In this document: one piece after another, positions 1 to 11,818 of the stretch | How positions within the stretch are numbered: the stretch's first letter is position 1 | How the letters are laid out: every line of letters begins with the position of its first letter | From: an uncultured Planctomycetaceae bacterium | Lineage (GTDB): Bacteria > Planctomycetota > Planctomycetia > Planctomycetales > Planctomycetaceae | Length of the DNA stretch: 64,000 bases | Direction of reading: 5' to 3' | Assembly (NCBI GenBank): GCA_963813715.1 | Contig: CAWFAK010000007.1 | Location: forward strand, 1,053,126-1,117,125 | Notes under the pieces: generated by a model | The model's input: only the letters and a program-made list of their open reading frames with translations | Told to the model about the DNA's origin: nothing | Databases searched by the model: none | Position numbers and translations under genes: made by a program

Positions 1-2098
1 GCCCGTTCTGCTCGAGCGCTTCGACCTCAGTCAGCAACTTCGCCAGATCGTCGAGTTTCTCCCGCTGCGACGCCAGATCGATCAACAAGAGGCGGATTTG
101 CAAATTGGCCGGCTCGGCGTCGGCGACTTTCCGCCAGAGCCGCTCTGCCACATCGTAGTCGGCGACCGAGAAAGCCAGGCGGCCGATCGGGAAGAGCAGA
201 TCGAGCTGGTCGGACGCCGAGAAACCTGGCGCCTCCGCGAGGGACCGCAACTGATCGATGCGCCAACGCCGTGGCGACGGACAAGATAACCCGCCCGTGC
301 CAACCGCACAGCCACGCTGTCGCCCAGCTGCCGTTGCATCTCGCTCAAGAACCGCTCGGTGTCGTCCCACCGTTCCAGGCGCGAGGCGAGCGACGTGAGC
401 GCGGTCCACAGCCGCACGTCTTTGGGCGCCTTGTCGATCGCCGCTCGCAACGTTCGCGTTGCCGCGTCGCTTTGATCCTTGCCCAGCTCGACCTCCGCCT
501 CGAGCAGTGCGACGTCGACGGAGAACGGCTGTTTGAGAACTTCGCGCAGCTGCGCGTCGATGACTGTCCAATTCCGCTCGGCGGGGGGCTGTCCGAGCGT
601 CTTCAGAATCGTGAGCCGCAGCAATTCTGCGTCCGTGTGCGCGGGGGCATCAGGACGCTGCCGCAAGCGACGCAGCTCGACAATGGCCTCGTCGACGCGG
701 CCCTGAGCGCCAACGTGTCGGCTAGGCCGACTCGCGCGGGCGTGAATTCTGGATCGACTTCGAGTGCCGCCCGATAGGCGCCGACTGTCCAGTCCTCGCG
801 CCCGAGGCGCTATAGCACTGAGCGAGCCGCAGCTGAGCGTCCTTATAAAGCTGGGGCCAGCGTTTGAGTTCCCCTTCGACGGACTCCAGCTCGTGAGTCG
901 CTTCGGCCCATTTCGACTCGATGATGCGGATGCGCACCGTCAGATAACGGACGATCGGGCGAGCCATTTCGATCGGACGCAAGCGATCGATCAACGTCTG
1001 CGCTTGCTGAATGTCGTTCGTTTCCAGGCGCAGATTCGCCAAAGTCCACAGGAGCGCGGGAGCGCCGTCGGTCGCTTGCAGGCCGCGGCTCAAGCACTCG
1101 CACGCCTCTTTGACGCGCCGTTCGTGCAGCTCGATCGACGCCAGCACGAGATAACACTCGGCATTGGTCGGTTCTTGGCGCGTAGCCCTGTCGGCGTAGT
1201 CGCGAGCCTCTTTCACCGCGCCGGCCGCTAGTGCCGCCTGCGCACCGAGCAGCAACGCCGGGCAACTGGACGGCGCCAATCGGAGCGCCTCTTTGACGTC
1301 CGCGGCGACCGCGTTTTGCAAGGTGTCTTCGCCATGCTGCGAATCGGCGGGGCGGGGCAAAGACCCGGTGGCACCTTTCCTTGAGGCCGAACTCTGCCGG
1401 GCGACGAAGACTTGCCGGATTGACGGATCGTCTGCGTGCGCCTGCAGGAATCGCGCGCGAGTAATGTAGGCCTCGCTCTTCGCGTGGTTCTGCTTCTCGG
1501 CCACCATGTTGGCGAGCACGACGACGGCCGCCTGCCCGTCGCGGAGCCGCTCGGCAATGATCAGCGCCGACTGCTCGTAAGCCTTGATCGATCCGGGATC
1601 CTTCTTGATGGCCGTGGCGTAGGCGTCGACGGCCGGCTGCAGTTGCCCCAAGCCTGCTTGAGCGGCCCCGACCTCTGACCACAACTCGGCGTCGTCCGGA
1701 TGCGCCTTCAATAGAAATCCGAGCTGGTAGATCGCGTCCTGATAGCGTTCCGCGCGAATGGACGTGTCGACGAGCCGGCGCCGCGCCTCCTCGTTGGCGG
1801 GATCGCGGAGAATGATTTCGCCGAACCAGGCGTGCGCTTCGCCGAACTGACGATCTTCGTACAGCAGGTTCGCGAGTCGCAGCATCGCTCGCGTGTCGTC
1901 CGGCGACATTTGCAGGTAGGTGCGGAAGAATCCAGCCGCCTCCTGGCTGTTGTGGGCCTGTTTGGCGCGCTCGGCTTCGCGGAGGAAAGCCGTCGATTGG
2001 TGTCCGACCTGATAGGCGTGCAGTCCAGAAATGATGAGACCGCCGACGGCGATCGCCACCACCAAGATCAGCAAGAGTTTGCTATTCAAACGACGCAT
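1..2098 (-). CDS. Large tetratricopeptide-repeat protein with N-terminal membrane anchor (exosortase/EPS-associated); runs off the window start; apparent frameshifts near 790 and 250
   Basis: ORF 722..2098 has a hydrophobic N-terminus followed by TPR-like helices (A..Y..A+..DP patterns). TPR-like sequence continues in ORF 82..666. Confidence 0.8.
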
Positions 2099-2204
2099 GG
2101 GAAGAGTCTGCTGTCAGCTGCGAAGAGCGAGGGGACTTTGGCTGCAAAGAGCCGCGAGGGCGAAGCCGTTGACGCCGCGGTCGGCGTGCAGGTTCGCGAG
2201 CGCG

Positions 2205-3080
2205 TCACTTCCAAGAACGCAGGGCCTTCGAACCGAATCGGCACACGCCGATGACCAACAAGCAAAGTGCTGCAGCGACCGCGACAACAGCCGCGGGCGA
2301 CCGCGGCCAGGGCGTCCCCAGGTCGGGTCTCGAGAGAGGAATGTTTTGCAGGGAAGTCGATATGTCGCGATAGGTCAAAAACAGTTGAATGGGGTTGGCG
2401 AACCTCACCATCCCCACGCAGGCGAGATAGAGTGCGCCGTAGAGTGCCGATCGCTGCAGCCAGGACGTTGATCGCCGTTCGGCCCACGATGCGACCGGCT
2501 CGGCCATTCGGCAGAGTTGGGAGGTGGCTCGCTCTCCCACGGCTCGCCACAAACCGCAGCCGATCATTGCCCCGAACTCGAGCGCCAGGACATCTCGAAT
2601 CGACGGATCCCGGAGCGGAATCCAAAACTGCAGAGTCTCCGCGAGGATAGCCAGCAGTAAGCAGCCCATTGCCACTGGGATCATTTCGGTCGCGCGGGCG
2701 CACCGTTTGGGCCAGGATGTGCACCAGGCAGCCGACCACAAAAATCCGACGGGGATAAATGCCAGCACGTTGGCAAACGGGTCGAGCGGCTGCGCAGGAT
2801 CCCAACGCAACGATGCCCACACGCCCTCGAGGCGCGAGTCGAGGTCGGGAGCGGCAAAGATCCAAGGGATCGTCGAGAGATAGAGAAAACCGAGGGAAGC
2901 CAAAAGTGCAGCCGTGATATAGGCCGACTCGACCTGTCGCCAGACTCGGCCGGCGCGTTGGTCCGCGGCCTCGACGTTTTGTGCCGGCATGGATTGCGAT
3001 TCGAGCCGCCATCCTCGAGCGGCTGCCGGAACGCTCGAGGGACCGACGGTTGCGGCCGGTTCGTTCTGTGTACCTTCCAT
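2205..3080 (-). CDS. VanZ-family membrane protein
   Basis: ANVLAFIPVGFL and AETLQFWIPLRDPSIRDV match VanZ motifs. ATG at 3080 is preceded by AAGGAGG. Confidence 0.75.
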   Translation of the reverse strand: MEGTQNEPAATVGPSSVPAAARGWRLESQSMPAQNVEAADQRAGRVWRQVESAYITAALLASLGFLYLSTIPWIFAAPDLDSRLEGVWASLRWDPAQPLDPFANVLAFIPVGFLWSAAWCTSWPKRCARATEMIPVAMGCLLLAILAETLQFWIPLRDPSIRDVLALEFGAMIGCGLWRAVGERATSQLCRMAEPVASWAERRSTSWLQRSALYGALYLACVGMVRFANPIQLFLTYRDISTSLQNIPLSRPDLGTPWPRSPAAVVAVAAALCLLVIGVCRFGSKALRSWK

Positions 3081-3251
3081 GGCCTCCTTCACGCGTCGGT
3101 TCGAATAAAAATCGGCACCCAGTCGCGCCCACCGCTCCGCGTAGGCCCGACTCCGTCGTGCCCCCGCGTCCAATGTCCGGCTGCCGCTCGGTCTCACCGT
3201 GCTCGATCTTTGTTGTAATTGGCGCGCAGCATTTGCGGCAACCGACGACCA

Positions 3252-4313
3252 TTACAATGTCGCCGTGGTTTGCGCGACGACGGGCTCGACGACGCGCCAG
3301 CGGAGCGAGCGATCGACTCGGCCATCGCCCTGCAGTTGCTGGATGCGATTGATGCGGAAGTATTTCGACCCCGAGAGATCGTCTGCCGTCAGTCCGTGTT
3401 CGCGATAGGCGGCATAAATCTGTTCGACGCCGCGCACCACCGTCCAGCGGGTGCGAAACTCGGGGAAGGTGCGGGCGATTTTGTCGCAATTAACGCGATA
3501 GCAACGCGCGTCGGGTCCGCCTCCCTGGGCATAGCTGACCATGCTTCCCGGCACGGCCTGCCGGACAATCTCGGCGACGTCGCGAATGCGATAGTTTTCC
3601 TCGCTCGAGCCGACGTTGAACGCCTGGTTGTGAATCCGCTCGCGCGACGCTTCGAGGACCACCAAAAAGGCCTGAGAAATATCCGCGATGTGGACGAGCG
3701 GCCGCCAGGGAGTGCCGTCGCTTTGAATGAGCACTTGCCCTGTCGCGTGGGCGTACGCAACCAGGTTATTCACCACGACATCCAGTCGTAGCGAGGGGGA
3801 GATGCCGTACGCCGTTGCGTTCCGCATAGAGGTGGGGCTGAAACGTTCGTCGGCCAGCTCGGCCAGATCTCGCTCGACGCGGACCTTCGACTCGCCGTAG
3901 GGCGTGATCGGGTTGAAGGTGCCCTGCTCGTCGATCGGCTCGTCGCCCGCCGCGCCGTACAGACTGCATGAAGAGGAGAAAATGAAGCGTGGCACGCCAG
4001 CCGCCTTGGCGAGAAACGCCAGACGTACCGAAGCCCGATGGTTGATGTCGAAGGTGCACTTCGGATTGACGTTGCCGAGCGGATCGTTAGAGAGCGCGGC
4101 CAGATGGATGACGGCGTCGAAGCCCGCCAGGTCCGCCTGCTCGACGTCGCGGATGTCTTTCGCGATAGCGGGTATCTCTGCAACCGGGTGACCGAACGAG
4201 CACCCCTCGAACAGGCCGCTGTCGAGACCGATCACGGTGTGGCCGGCCGCCTGCAGAAAAGGCGCCATCACCGCGCCGATGTATCCACGATGCCCCGTCA
4301 ACAACACTTGCAT
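3252..4313 (-). CDS. NAD-dependent epimerase/dehydratase (extended SDR)
   Basis: TGHRGYIG Rossmann motif, [16 protein letters not shown] and the YGESK catalytic motif. Confidence 0.92.
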   Translation of the reverse strand: MQVLLTGHRGYIGAVMAPFLQAAGHTVIGLDSGLFEGCSFGHPVAEIPAIAKDIRDVEQADLAGFDAVIHLAALSNDPLGNVNPKCTFDINHRASVRLAFLAKAAGVPRFIFSSSCSLYGAAGDEPIDEQGTFNPITPYGESKVRVERDLAELADERFSPTSMRNATAYGISPSLRLDVVVNNLVAYAHATGQVLIQSDGTPWRPLVHIADISQAFLVVLEASRERIHNQAFNVGSSEENYRIRDVAEIVRQAVPGSMVSYAQGGGPDARCYRVNCDKIARTFPEFRTRWTVVRGVEQIYAAYREHGLTADDLSGSKYFRINRIQQLQGDGRVDRSLRWRVVEPVVAQTTATL

Positions 4314-4369
4314 GGATCGATCCCCGCCCCCGCTCCTCGCGCGCTTGGCCTGCCTCTAAAACGATTTGT

Positions 4370-5048
4370 TCAAAGGTCGTGCCGGCCCGACGCACTCAGC
4401 ACGGCCTTGCGGCAATAAAAGGCCTCGGCGTAGCGGCTGGGCGAGTTGGCTTCCATCCCCCGCAGGCGCAACACGGCTCGGAACGTTTGCTCGTCGAACC
4501 ACGATTTTGACCGCTGCGAGGCGAAGCACTCAAGCAGGATGGCGATTTTCCGCTGACAGATCGCGTCGGCGATCGGCACGAACACGTTCGGCTGGCCGAA
4601 GTCGCCGTCGTATTTGGGAATCTCGTATTCCAGAATCAGGTGGTCGCGGAATGTGTTCCAGGTCAAATCCGAAATCAGCCGATGGTCCTGGTGACGGTCG
4701 TCGCGGAAGTGGGTGAAGATGACGTCCGGCTGAAATTCGAGCTTGAGCGACTCGAACTCGTCCTTGATGGCCGCGCCGACGAATGGAAAAAATCCGTCGC
4801 GATAATTCTCAAGCGTCACTTTTTTCTGACAAGCGTTTGCCAGGAAGGCGGCCGCGCTGGCTTGAGCCTCGCGCGATCGCTCTTCACTCGCGCTCGAAGA
4901 CGACCCAGCGGATGTCGATCTGCCGATTGCTCTCCAAGAGCGACAGGACCGTGCCACCGCAGCCGATTTCGATATCGTCGCTGTGCGCCGCCAGGCAGAG
5001 CACCTTGAGCGGTGCGTCCCCCGGATTTAGCAGTGGCAGTGTGAGCAC
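4370..5048 (-). CDS. PIG-L/LmbE family deacetylase (apparent frameshift near 4895)
   Basis: The N-terminal frame reads VLCLAAHSDDIEIGCGGT. The downstream frame has DDRHQDH, YEIPKYDGD and FASQ...AEAF. Confidence 0.88.
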
Positions 5049-5074
5049 AGCCGTGTTTCCCGTGCGCCGCGCGG

Positions 5075-6766
5075 TCAGCGCCGCGCCTCTTCGTAGATCG
5101 CCTGCACCGCCGCGTTCTCACGCGTGCCGAACCAACCGCGAAACATCAAGATGTCGCCCCGCCGGACGGCGTCGAGCAGGTCGGCCCGGCGTTCGACGAT
5201 CGGTCCGTCCGCCACGTTGATCACGCTGAACGCGCCGGGATAAGCCAGCCGGTCGCGCTCGGACGTCGATGCGATGCCGCCGCGCAATTCGCGATAGCCG
5301 CTCAGATGAGAGTAGTAGCCCGCGTACTGAAACTCCGGGATGATCAGCACGTCGGGAAACTGGCGGGCGAGCCGCCGCATCTGCTCGGCCCGCACGAACC
5401 AGTTGTCGACCTGCTCCTTCTTGCCCGCACCGTTGCCGGCCAGGGCCAGCGTCACGTTGGTGTCGACATAAAACAGGGTGCAGCCCCAACGACGTTTGGC
5501 GTAGGCGATCTTGCCGGCCATTTCGGTCACGGGATCGAAGCCCATGAAGTCGTGCCGCCAGGGAGTTGTGGCTTGTTGTCGGACGATTCGCGACGGGCGA
5601 ATGCAAATCCCCGTCTTGAGGCCGGCGTCGGAAAACAGTTTAAATACCTCGTCGGCGATCGTGTCCATTTCGGGAGCGAGCTGCGGCAGCTTTCGCGGAT
5701 CGCCGACGAAAACCAGCGGTGGATACTCTTCGCCTTCGACATCCCAGACGATCACTCCCTGCGCACCCCGCAGCTCGCACTGCTCGAGGCATCGCCGGGC
5801 TCGCTGTCGCAGGAGCTGGTTCTTGAAGTTCTCTTGTCCGTCGGCCGTCGTCACATCGACGCGAGGGTCGTTGAGCCAGCCGCGAGGGTTCGTCGACGAG
5901 TGGTGCTGAGGGGCCGAGCTGGCGAGCATCAACATGGCGATCGGACGGCGGTCCGGCCAGTTGAGCACGCGGGGCGAGCGCTCGCGGAATTTCGCGAAGA
6001 CGTCGCCGGCCAGATCGGCCAGTCCCGCAGGCGGCGGCCCGAAGCGGAGTGAGATCGCGATGCGGACCGACTTCCCCGGATCCAATCGGCAACCGTCGAC
6101 GTGCACGAAATCGGACGTCTGTTTGCTGAGCGTGCCGACCATCAGGTTGTAACCCGGATTGACCGTCTCAAAATCTTTTTCGAGCTGCAGGCGAAATTCC
6201 GAGTCGAGGTTGGTGCCCACGCCGACGAGCGTCCCGCGGCCGTAGTGGGCGATGATGGCCGCCACGTCGTCGACGGCGTCGGACGTTGTGTGCAGGTCGT
6301 TATCCCAGCCGGGGCCGGTCGGCGTGATGGGAAACGCCAGATCGAGCACGTTCATGTCGAGCGCTCGAATCTGTCGCTCGCCGCGGTTCGTAAAGGTGAT
6401 ATCGAGATTCAGGCGATTCGTGCTCTCGTGATAGACGCACGTAATTTGCCCCTGGCTCCAGTTCTGCACGAGCGTGAGGGATTGCGGATCGAACGACGTA
6501 GTAGGCATGGCACTGCCCGGCACATCGTCAACGTCGCCGGACTCCCAGACCACATGCCGCAGACGAGGTTGGCCTTTTTTGAGCAGCTGCGTGCCCGCAT
6601 ATGTCAGCGAGACCAGACCGGCGTCTTGAAAGCCGGCAACCAGTCCATCGGCCGCGCAGGCCTTCGCCGCGAAGCTGGAGCAAAATGTCCCGCAGCAAAG
6701 CGCCGCGACGACCAGGGCCAGCGGCCCGCGCGATCGTCGTCGGCTCAAGGAAAGAGGTCTTCGCAC
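5075..6766 (-). CDS. Secreted hypothetical protein, possibly carbohydrate-active
   Basis: 563-aa ORF with a signal-peptide-like N-terminus, co-oriented and tightly packed within the operon. Confidence 0.7.
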   Translation of the reverse strand: MRRPLSLSRRRSRGPLALVVAALCCGTFCSSFAAKACAADGLVAGFQDAGLVSLTYAGTQLLKKGQPRLRHVVWESGDVDDVPGSAMPTTSFDPQSLTLVQNWSQGQITCVYHESTNRLNLDITFTNRGERQIRALDMNVLDLAFPITPTGPGWDNDLHTTSDAVDDVAAIIAHYGRGTLVGVGTNLDSEFRLQLEKDFETVNPGYNLMVGTLSKQTSDFVHVDGCRLDPGKSVRIAISLRFGPPPAGLADLAGDVFAKFRERSPRVLNWPDRRPIAMLMLASSAPQHHSSTNPRGWLNDPRVDVTTADGQENFKNQLLRQRARRCLEQCELRGAQGVIVWDVEGEEYPPLVFVGDPRKLPQLAPEMDTIADEVFKLFSDAGLKTGICIRPSRIVRQQATTPWRHDFMGFDPVTEMAGKIAYAKRRWGCTLFYVDTNVTLALAGNGAGKKEQVDNWFVRAEQMRRLARQFPDVLIIPEFQYAGYYSHLSGYRELRGGIASTSERDRLAYPGAFSVINVADGPIVERRADLLDAVRRGDILMFRGWFGTRENAAVQAIYEEARR

Positions 6767-6767
6767 G

Positions 6768-7658
6768 CTACGGCCGTGTTTCTGCTTTTTGGATCGGGAA
6801 TTGGCCAGTCAGAGTCGTCGCACTATGGTTGTTTCCGTTCTTGCGGACCGTGTCCCCGTTTCCGCCGCCCACCGGTCCGCTCTGCGATCCCTTCCAGACT
6901 TCCCAGGGGGCGTTGCCCTGGCCGTAAATCTCTTCCAGCTGCTGGCGGTCTTTGAACGTGTCCATGCAGGTCCAGTAGCCGCCGTAACGATAGGCGGCCA
7001 GCTGCCGGTCCTGGATCAGGCGCTCAAAGGGTTGCTCCACCAGCTCTTCGCCCTCCCGCATGTAGCGGAAGACGTCTTTGCGAAAGATGAAAAAGCCGCC
7101 GTTGATCAGCAGGCCGGAGCCGCTGATCGGCCGCACGGAATTCACGGTGTCGCCGTCGAAGCCGATGATGTGCGAGCTGTAAGGCGGGCGCACAGCCAGG
7201 AAGCTGGCGATCTTGCCGTGCCCGCGAAAGTGATCGACGTATTCGTCGAGCGGCAAATCCGTCAGCCCGTCGCTGTAGTTTGCGAGAAACACTTCTTCGC
7301 CTTCGAGATGGCGCTCGACCGCCCGCAGCCGCTGGCCGACCTTCGAATGGAGTCCCGTGTCGACGAAGGTGATCTTCCAGTCGTGAATGTCGCTGTTGAG
7401 CAGCTGCAGGTTCTGCCCGCCGTTGGTCAGAATGAAGTCGTTCGACACGCACTCGTTGTAGTTAAGGAAGTAGTTCTTGACGGCGTCCGCCCTGTAGCCC
7501 AGGCACAGGATGAAGTCGTTGTACCCGTAATGGGCGTAGTACTTCATCACGTGCCACAAGATGGGGCGATAGCCGATCGTGATCATGGGCTTGGGAACGG
7601 GGTCCGGATATTCCTGAATCCGCGTGCCCAGGCCGCCGCAAAAAAGAACGACTTTCAT
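6768..7658 (-). CDS. rfbF: Glucose-1-phosphate cytidylyltransferase
   Basis: GGLGTRI...PKPM, ILWHVMKYYAHYG, INGGFF and WTCMDTFKD motifs. Confidence 0.9.
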   Translation of the reverse strand: MKVVLFCGGLGTRIQEYPDPVPKPMITIGYRPILWHVMKYYAHYGYNDFILCLGYRADAVKNYFLNYNECVSNDFILTNGGQNLQLLNSDIHDWKITFVDTGLHSKVGQRLRAVERHLEGEEVFLANYSDGLTDLPLDEYVDHFRGHGKIASFLAVRPPYSSHIIGFDGDTVNSVRPISGSGLLINGGFFIFRKDVFRYMREGEELVEQPFERLIQDRQLAAYRYGGYWTCMDTFKDRQQLEEIYGQGNAPWEVWKGSQSGPVGGGNGDTVRKNGNNHSATTLTGQFPIQKAETRP

Positions 7659-7758
7659 CGGTAAGACTCGACGAGGGAGTGCTGGCCGTTCGTTGCCCGG
7701 CCGAATCGATCAGTGCGCGGTAAAGTCTGCGTTGTCAGAGTTGCGACGTAAGACGCTG

Positions 7759-9136
7759 TTAGGCGTAGGGTCGGAAGACGGGTTTCACCGGCGGACCGAC
7801 AAGATACTTTTCGACGCCGTTGTCGAGCGCCTGCCGATAAACGCCCAGCGCTTCGGCCGCCGCTTGGATGGTCAAGTCGATGTCGCCATCGGTGTGGGAG
7901 TAACTCACGACGAAGGACGGCGCCAATACGCCCCGTTTGAGCAGTTCTTGCAAGAACAAGGCGCGAAACTCTTGGCTCGGCCGACCCTGCCGGTCGCGCG
8001 TGGTGAATAACAGGCAGCACGGGCGCCCCAGGCACTCCACCTGCCGCTCGACGCCGGCTTTTTGTGCCGCGGCGGTAACGCCCGCCCGCAACCGCTCGCC
8101 CTGACGATAGAGATGGCCAACGACGTCGTGATCGCGATAGGTCTCCATCGTGGCGATGGCCGCGGCCAGCGCGTGTGTTTCCGCTCCGTGCGTCGTCGAG
8201 AGCAGAAAGACTCGCTCGCCGTCGTGATCGAGGCCGCCCAGCCGCATCACGTCGCGGCGGCCGGCCAGGGCCGAAACTGAAAAGCCGTTTGCCATCGCTT
8301 TGCCGAACGCTGATAGATCGGGCTGGATGCCGTAAACGTGCTGGGCACCCGACTTGTGCCAGCGAAAGCCGGTGATCGTTTCATCGAACACCAGCAGCAC
8401 ACCGTGCCGGCGGCAGGTCTCCTGCAGCCATGAGAGAAAATTGTCGCGAGGCTCTTCGAGGCGAGCGGCTTCCAGCACCACGCAGGCGATCTGGCTGCCC
8501 GATTCGCGCATCAGTTGCTCGACACTCTCCCGGTTGTTGTAGGCGAACTTGAGAGTTCGCGAGCGAGTCCATTCGGGAACGCCAGCGGGCATCGGCGTGC
8601 TGCCGATAAACCAGTCGGCCGTCGAGAAGAACGGATGATCGCCGCAAATCGCGATCAAGTCGCGGCCGGTATAGGCCCGCGCCAGACGAACCGCGCCGTC
8701 CATCGCGTCGGAGCCGTCCTTGCAGAACTTGACCATCTCCGCACTGGGAACGAGCTCCAGAAACCGCTCGGCGCACTCCACTTCGATCGGCGCGGGACGG
8801 CCAAAGTTTGTGCCCAGTGGCAGCTGGCGGGCCGCGGCGTTGATCACCGGCTGGTAGGCGTGTCCCAGCGTGACCGAACGCAGTCCCATGCCGTATTCGA
8901 TGTATTCGTTCCCATCCAGGTCCCAAACGCGACACCCCTTGCCGCGAGCGATGAACGAGGGAGCCAGCTGCGGAAACTGGTCGTCCCCCTTCGCGTAAGT
9001 GTGGCACCCGCCGGGAATGACCATGCGCGCGTTGGGCCAGCCCTTTACCGTGGTCGTACCGCCGTTCAGTTGTGGCAACCTCCGTCGCCGGAACCGTCGT
9101 GGCGGGGGAAAGGTCGGTGGGAACGTGGGAAGTCAT
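7759..9136 (-). CDS. Class III PLP aminotransferase (glutamate-1-semialdehyde aminomutase-like); apparent frameshift near 9025
   Basis: IPGGCHTYAKG, GCRVWDLDGNEY, FDETITGFR and FGKAMANG (PLP lysine). Confidence 0.88.
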
Positions 9137-10504
9137 CGCGACATCACCGCTTCAGAAGGCTGCAGCGTTTGAGGAGCGGACGTCGCTACGGGGCCAACGC
9201 CAAAAACCGCGTCGTATTGTTCCGTAAGAAGGACCTGCCAGGCAGCCACTCCATGCTCGAGGCTCCTGGCGACTGCCTGGCGGTCCTCGTAGAGACTGTC
9301 GACGATGGCCAGCAGCCGATTGCCGTCGAAGGCATCGATCGGCACGCTGGCTTCGTCCTGTCGGAAGCGATGGACAACGAAGTCAACTTTCGGATCGTAT
9401 GACACGGCCGCGACCGGCACGTGGCACGCGTACGCCAAGACCACGCCGTGCAGGCGGCTGGCCACCACGACGTCGAGCGTCTGCAGCACGTCGAGCAGGT
9501 CCGGCACCGTTCGGGCGGAGGACACCTGTAGCCGACCGTTCGACGGCATGCGCGCCGCTGCTTTCGAGTCGGGCGACGAGATCGGCCATCACGCGATGGT
9601 CGGCCCCGGCCGTCGCGAACAGCACTACTTCCTCGTCGCGCAACAATACGCTTCGCACAAAATCGGCCAGCCGCTCGAGGTAACTGTCGTAACGGCGTCC
9701 ATCTGGTTCGGGCCACGCGTACGGGTCACACCAGGCAATGGGGCTGATGCCGATGCGGCGGCGCAGATGCCCCTCGGGTAGGTTCGTCGGCATGCGGAGC
9801 GAGAACGCCAGGTCGGGGAACCAGTGATTGGGCTCCGGTGCGCCGAGGTCGCGCGCGAGATCGACTGCAAAATCCTCACGGAACGAGCAATAGTCGGCCG
9901 TCTTCAACGCGGATCCGACAAGCCAGCGACCGAGCGCCGAACGCAGCGTGGCCGAGCCCGAGCTGAGGATAATGAAACGTGCTCCGGCCCGTCGCGCGAG
10001 CCAGGCGAACTTGAACATCGCGTAGGGATGGCCCCACGGCCCGCCCCAGAATTCGTCCAACTGCCCGCCGCCGCAGACAACCACATACCGGCATTTTCGG
10101 ACGACCTGCGCCGTCGCCCGCCAATGTTGCCACTCCCGCCACGGTCCGGTCGCAACGTTGAGTGTTCGCCGCAGCGCCGCCGTGACGCGAGACGAGACCC
10201 GGTTCACGCGCTCCAAGCCCCTCTCGATCAGCCCGCGCAGTCCCCGGTCCGTCTCGTTCCCCCGGCTAAAACCGTTCAGGGTCCGTGCATCGAGGGCGAA
10301 CGCGTGAATGCCGTGCCGCTGAGTCGTGTCAGCTGGGTTGAGCGTAAAGGCGACGATCTCCACGAGCGGCAGTCGGGCGCGAATCTCCTCGATCGCCGCC
10401 GACATGATGGCGGCATCGCCGAGATTGCCGAAGCCGCACGGGCTGAGCACGGCGACCGCAGACGGCTCGGTCGACGTGAAGTTGGTGCCAGAATTCAAAT
10501 TCAC
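9133..10504 (-). CDS. Polysaccharide pyruvyl transferase family protein (apparent frameshift near 9545)
   Basis: GFGNLGD, GGGQL, SFRE and PDLAF in one frame; SRLHG and YDPKV in the next frame. Confidence 0.88.
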
Positions 10505-10527
10505 AAAGTCACTCGGTGGTCGACTTG

Positions 10528-11746
10528 TCAGGCGGACGCTATGGAGGTGATCATCGTCGAGGAGGTTTCGATCTGCGGGTACAGGTTGGCAACGCCGCGG
10601 ACGTCGGCATCGGATGTCACGAACACCGTCCCCACGGGGAACGCGCTGTCGTACATGCGTTGAATGTCGTAGCGATACACGTGCGTGCCGAAATGAAACG
10701 AACCCGCTACCAGGTGCAGAGCCAGCCGGAACGTGCAACGGTACGACTCGCCCGGCTCGAGGGCAAAGCTCGGCTGCCCCAGCCGCTCCGTCGAAGTGTC
10801 GAACACTTCGTAGCCGTTTTCGTCCTTCAAGTAGATCGACAGCGACAGCCGCCGGCAGGGGCGATTGGCTTTGACGTCGATGTCGACCCAGACGGTCTCG
10901 CCCGACTGGTAACTGATCTTCGGGCCGTCCTCGCCTCGGATGACAAAGCTGGCGATGTACGCGTCCTTGGCCTCGCTGTCGGTCTCGATACGATTTTCGG
11001 TCAGGTAGGTCTGAACCACCTCCTGCGTCGGCCCCTGCTGCACGACCCGGCCGTGATCGAGCAACAGCGCGCGGTTGCAGAGCGTGGCCACGGCGTTGAG
11101 GTTGTGCGACACGAAGACGACGGCCGCGCCCCCCTGAATGATCTCTTTCATGCGGTCGATGCACTTGTTTTGAAACGCGTAGTCGCCGACGCTCAGAACC
11201 TCGTCGACGATCAGGATCTCGGGGGCGACGTGGGCGGCGACCGCGAACCCCAGTCGCGCGTACATGCCGGTCGAATACCGCTTCACCGGCGTATCGAGAA
11301 ACTCGGCCAGCTCCGAGAACTCGACGATCGCGTCGAACCGGCGGGCGATTTCGGCGCGGTTCATTCCCAGGATCGTTCCGTTCAAATAAATGTTCTCGCG
11401 CCCCGTAAGATCGGGATGGAAGCCGGCGCCGATCTCGATCAGCGCCGACAGCCGTCCGTTGACGACGATCGAGCCGCAGGTCGGCTTCAGCACTCCGCTC
11501 AAGAGTTTGAGAACGGTGCTCTTGCCCGCGCCGTTGTGACCGATGATTCCCAGCACCTCGCCCGGCTCGACGGCCAGCGACACGTCGCGCAGGGCCCAGA
11601 ACTCGCGGGCCTCGTCGACGCCCCTATCGCCGCCGCGCAGCAATCGCCGCAGGACGCCCGGCACGGCGTCGCGCAGCGATCCGTAGAGTTCGCCCTTGCG
11701 AAACTTCTTGCCGACGTGCTGCATGTCGAGCGCGGCGCGCGTCATG
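10528..11746 (-). CDS. wzt: Polysaccharide ABC transporter ATP-binding protein with C-terminal Wzt_C-like domain (second set)
   Basis: GHNGAGKST Walker A, YSTGMYARL signature, ILIVDEVL Walker B and a C-terminal beta-rich domain. Confidence 0.93.
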
Positions 11747-11818
11747 ATCCCTCGATCCACCGCTGGGCCAAAACCATCTCCTCAACGAACTCGCCAATTC
11801 CAATCATCTCGCGTTCGC

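Noticed and set aside
7759..9136. hemL (tetrapyrrole biosynthesis)
   Set aside because: The family matches, but the polysaccharide-operon context argues for a different substrate, so the symbol is withheld.
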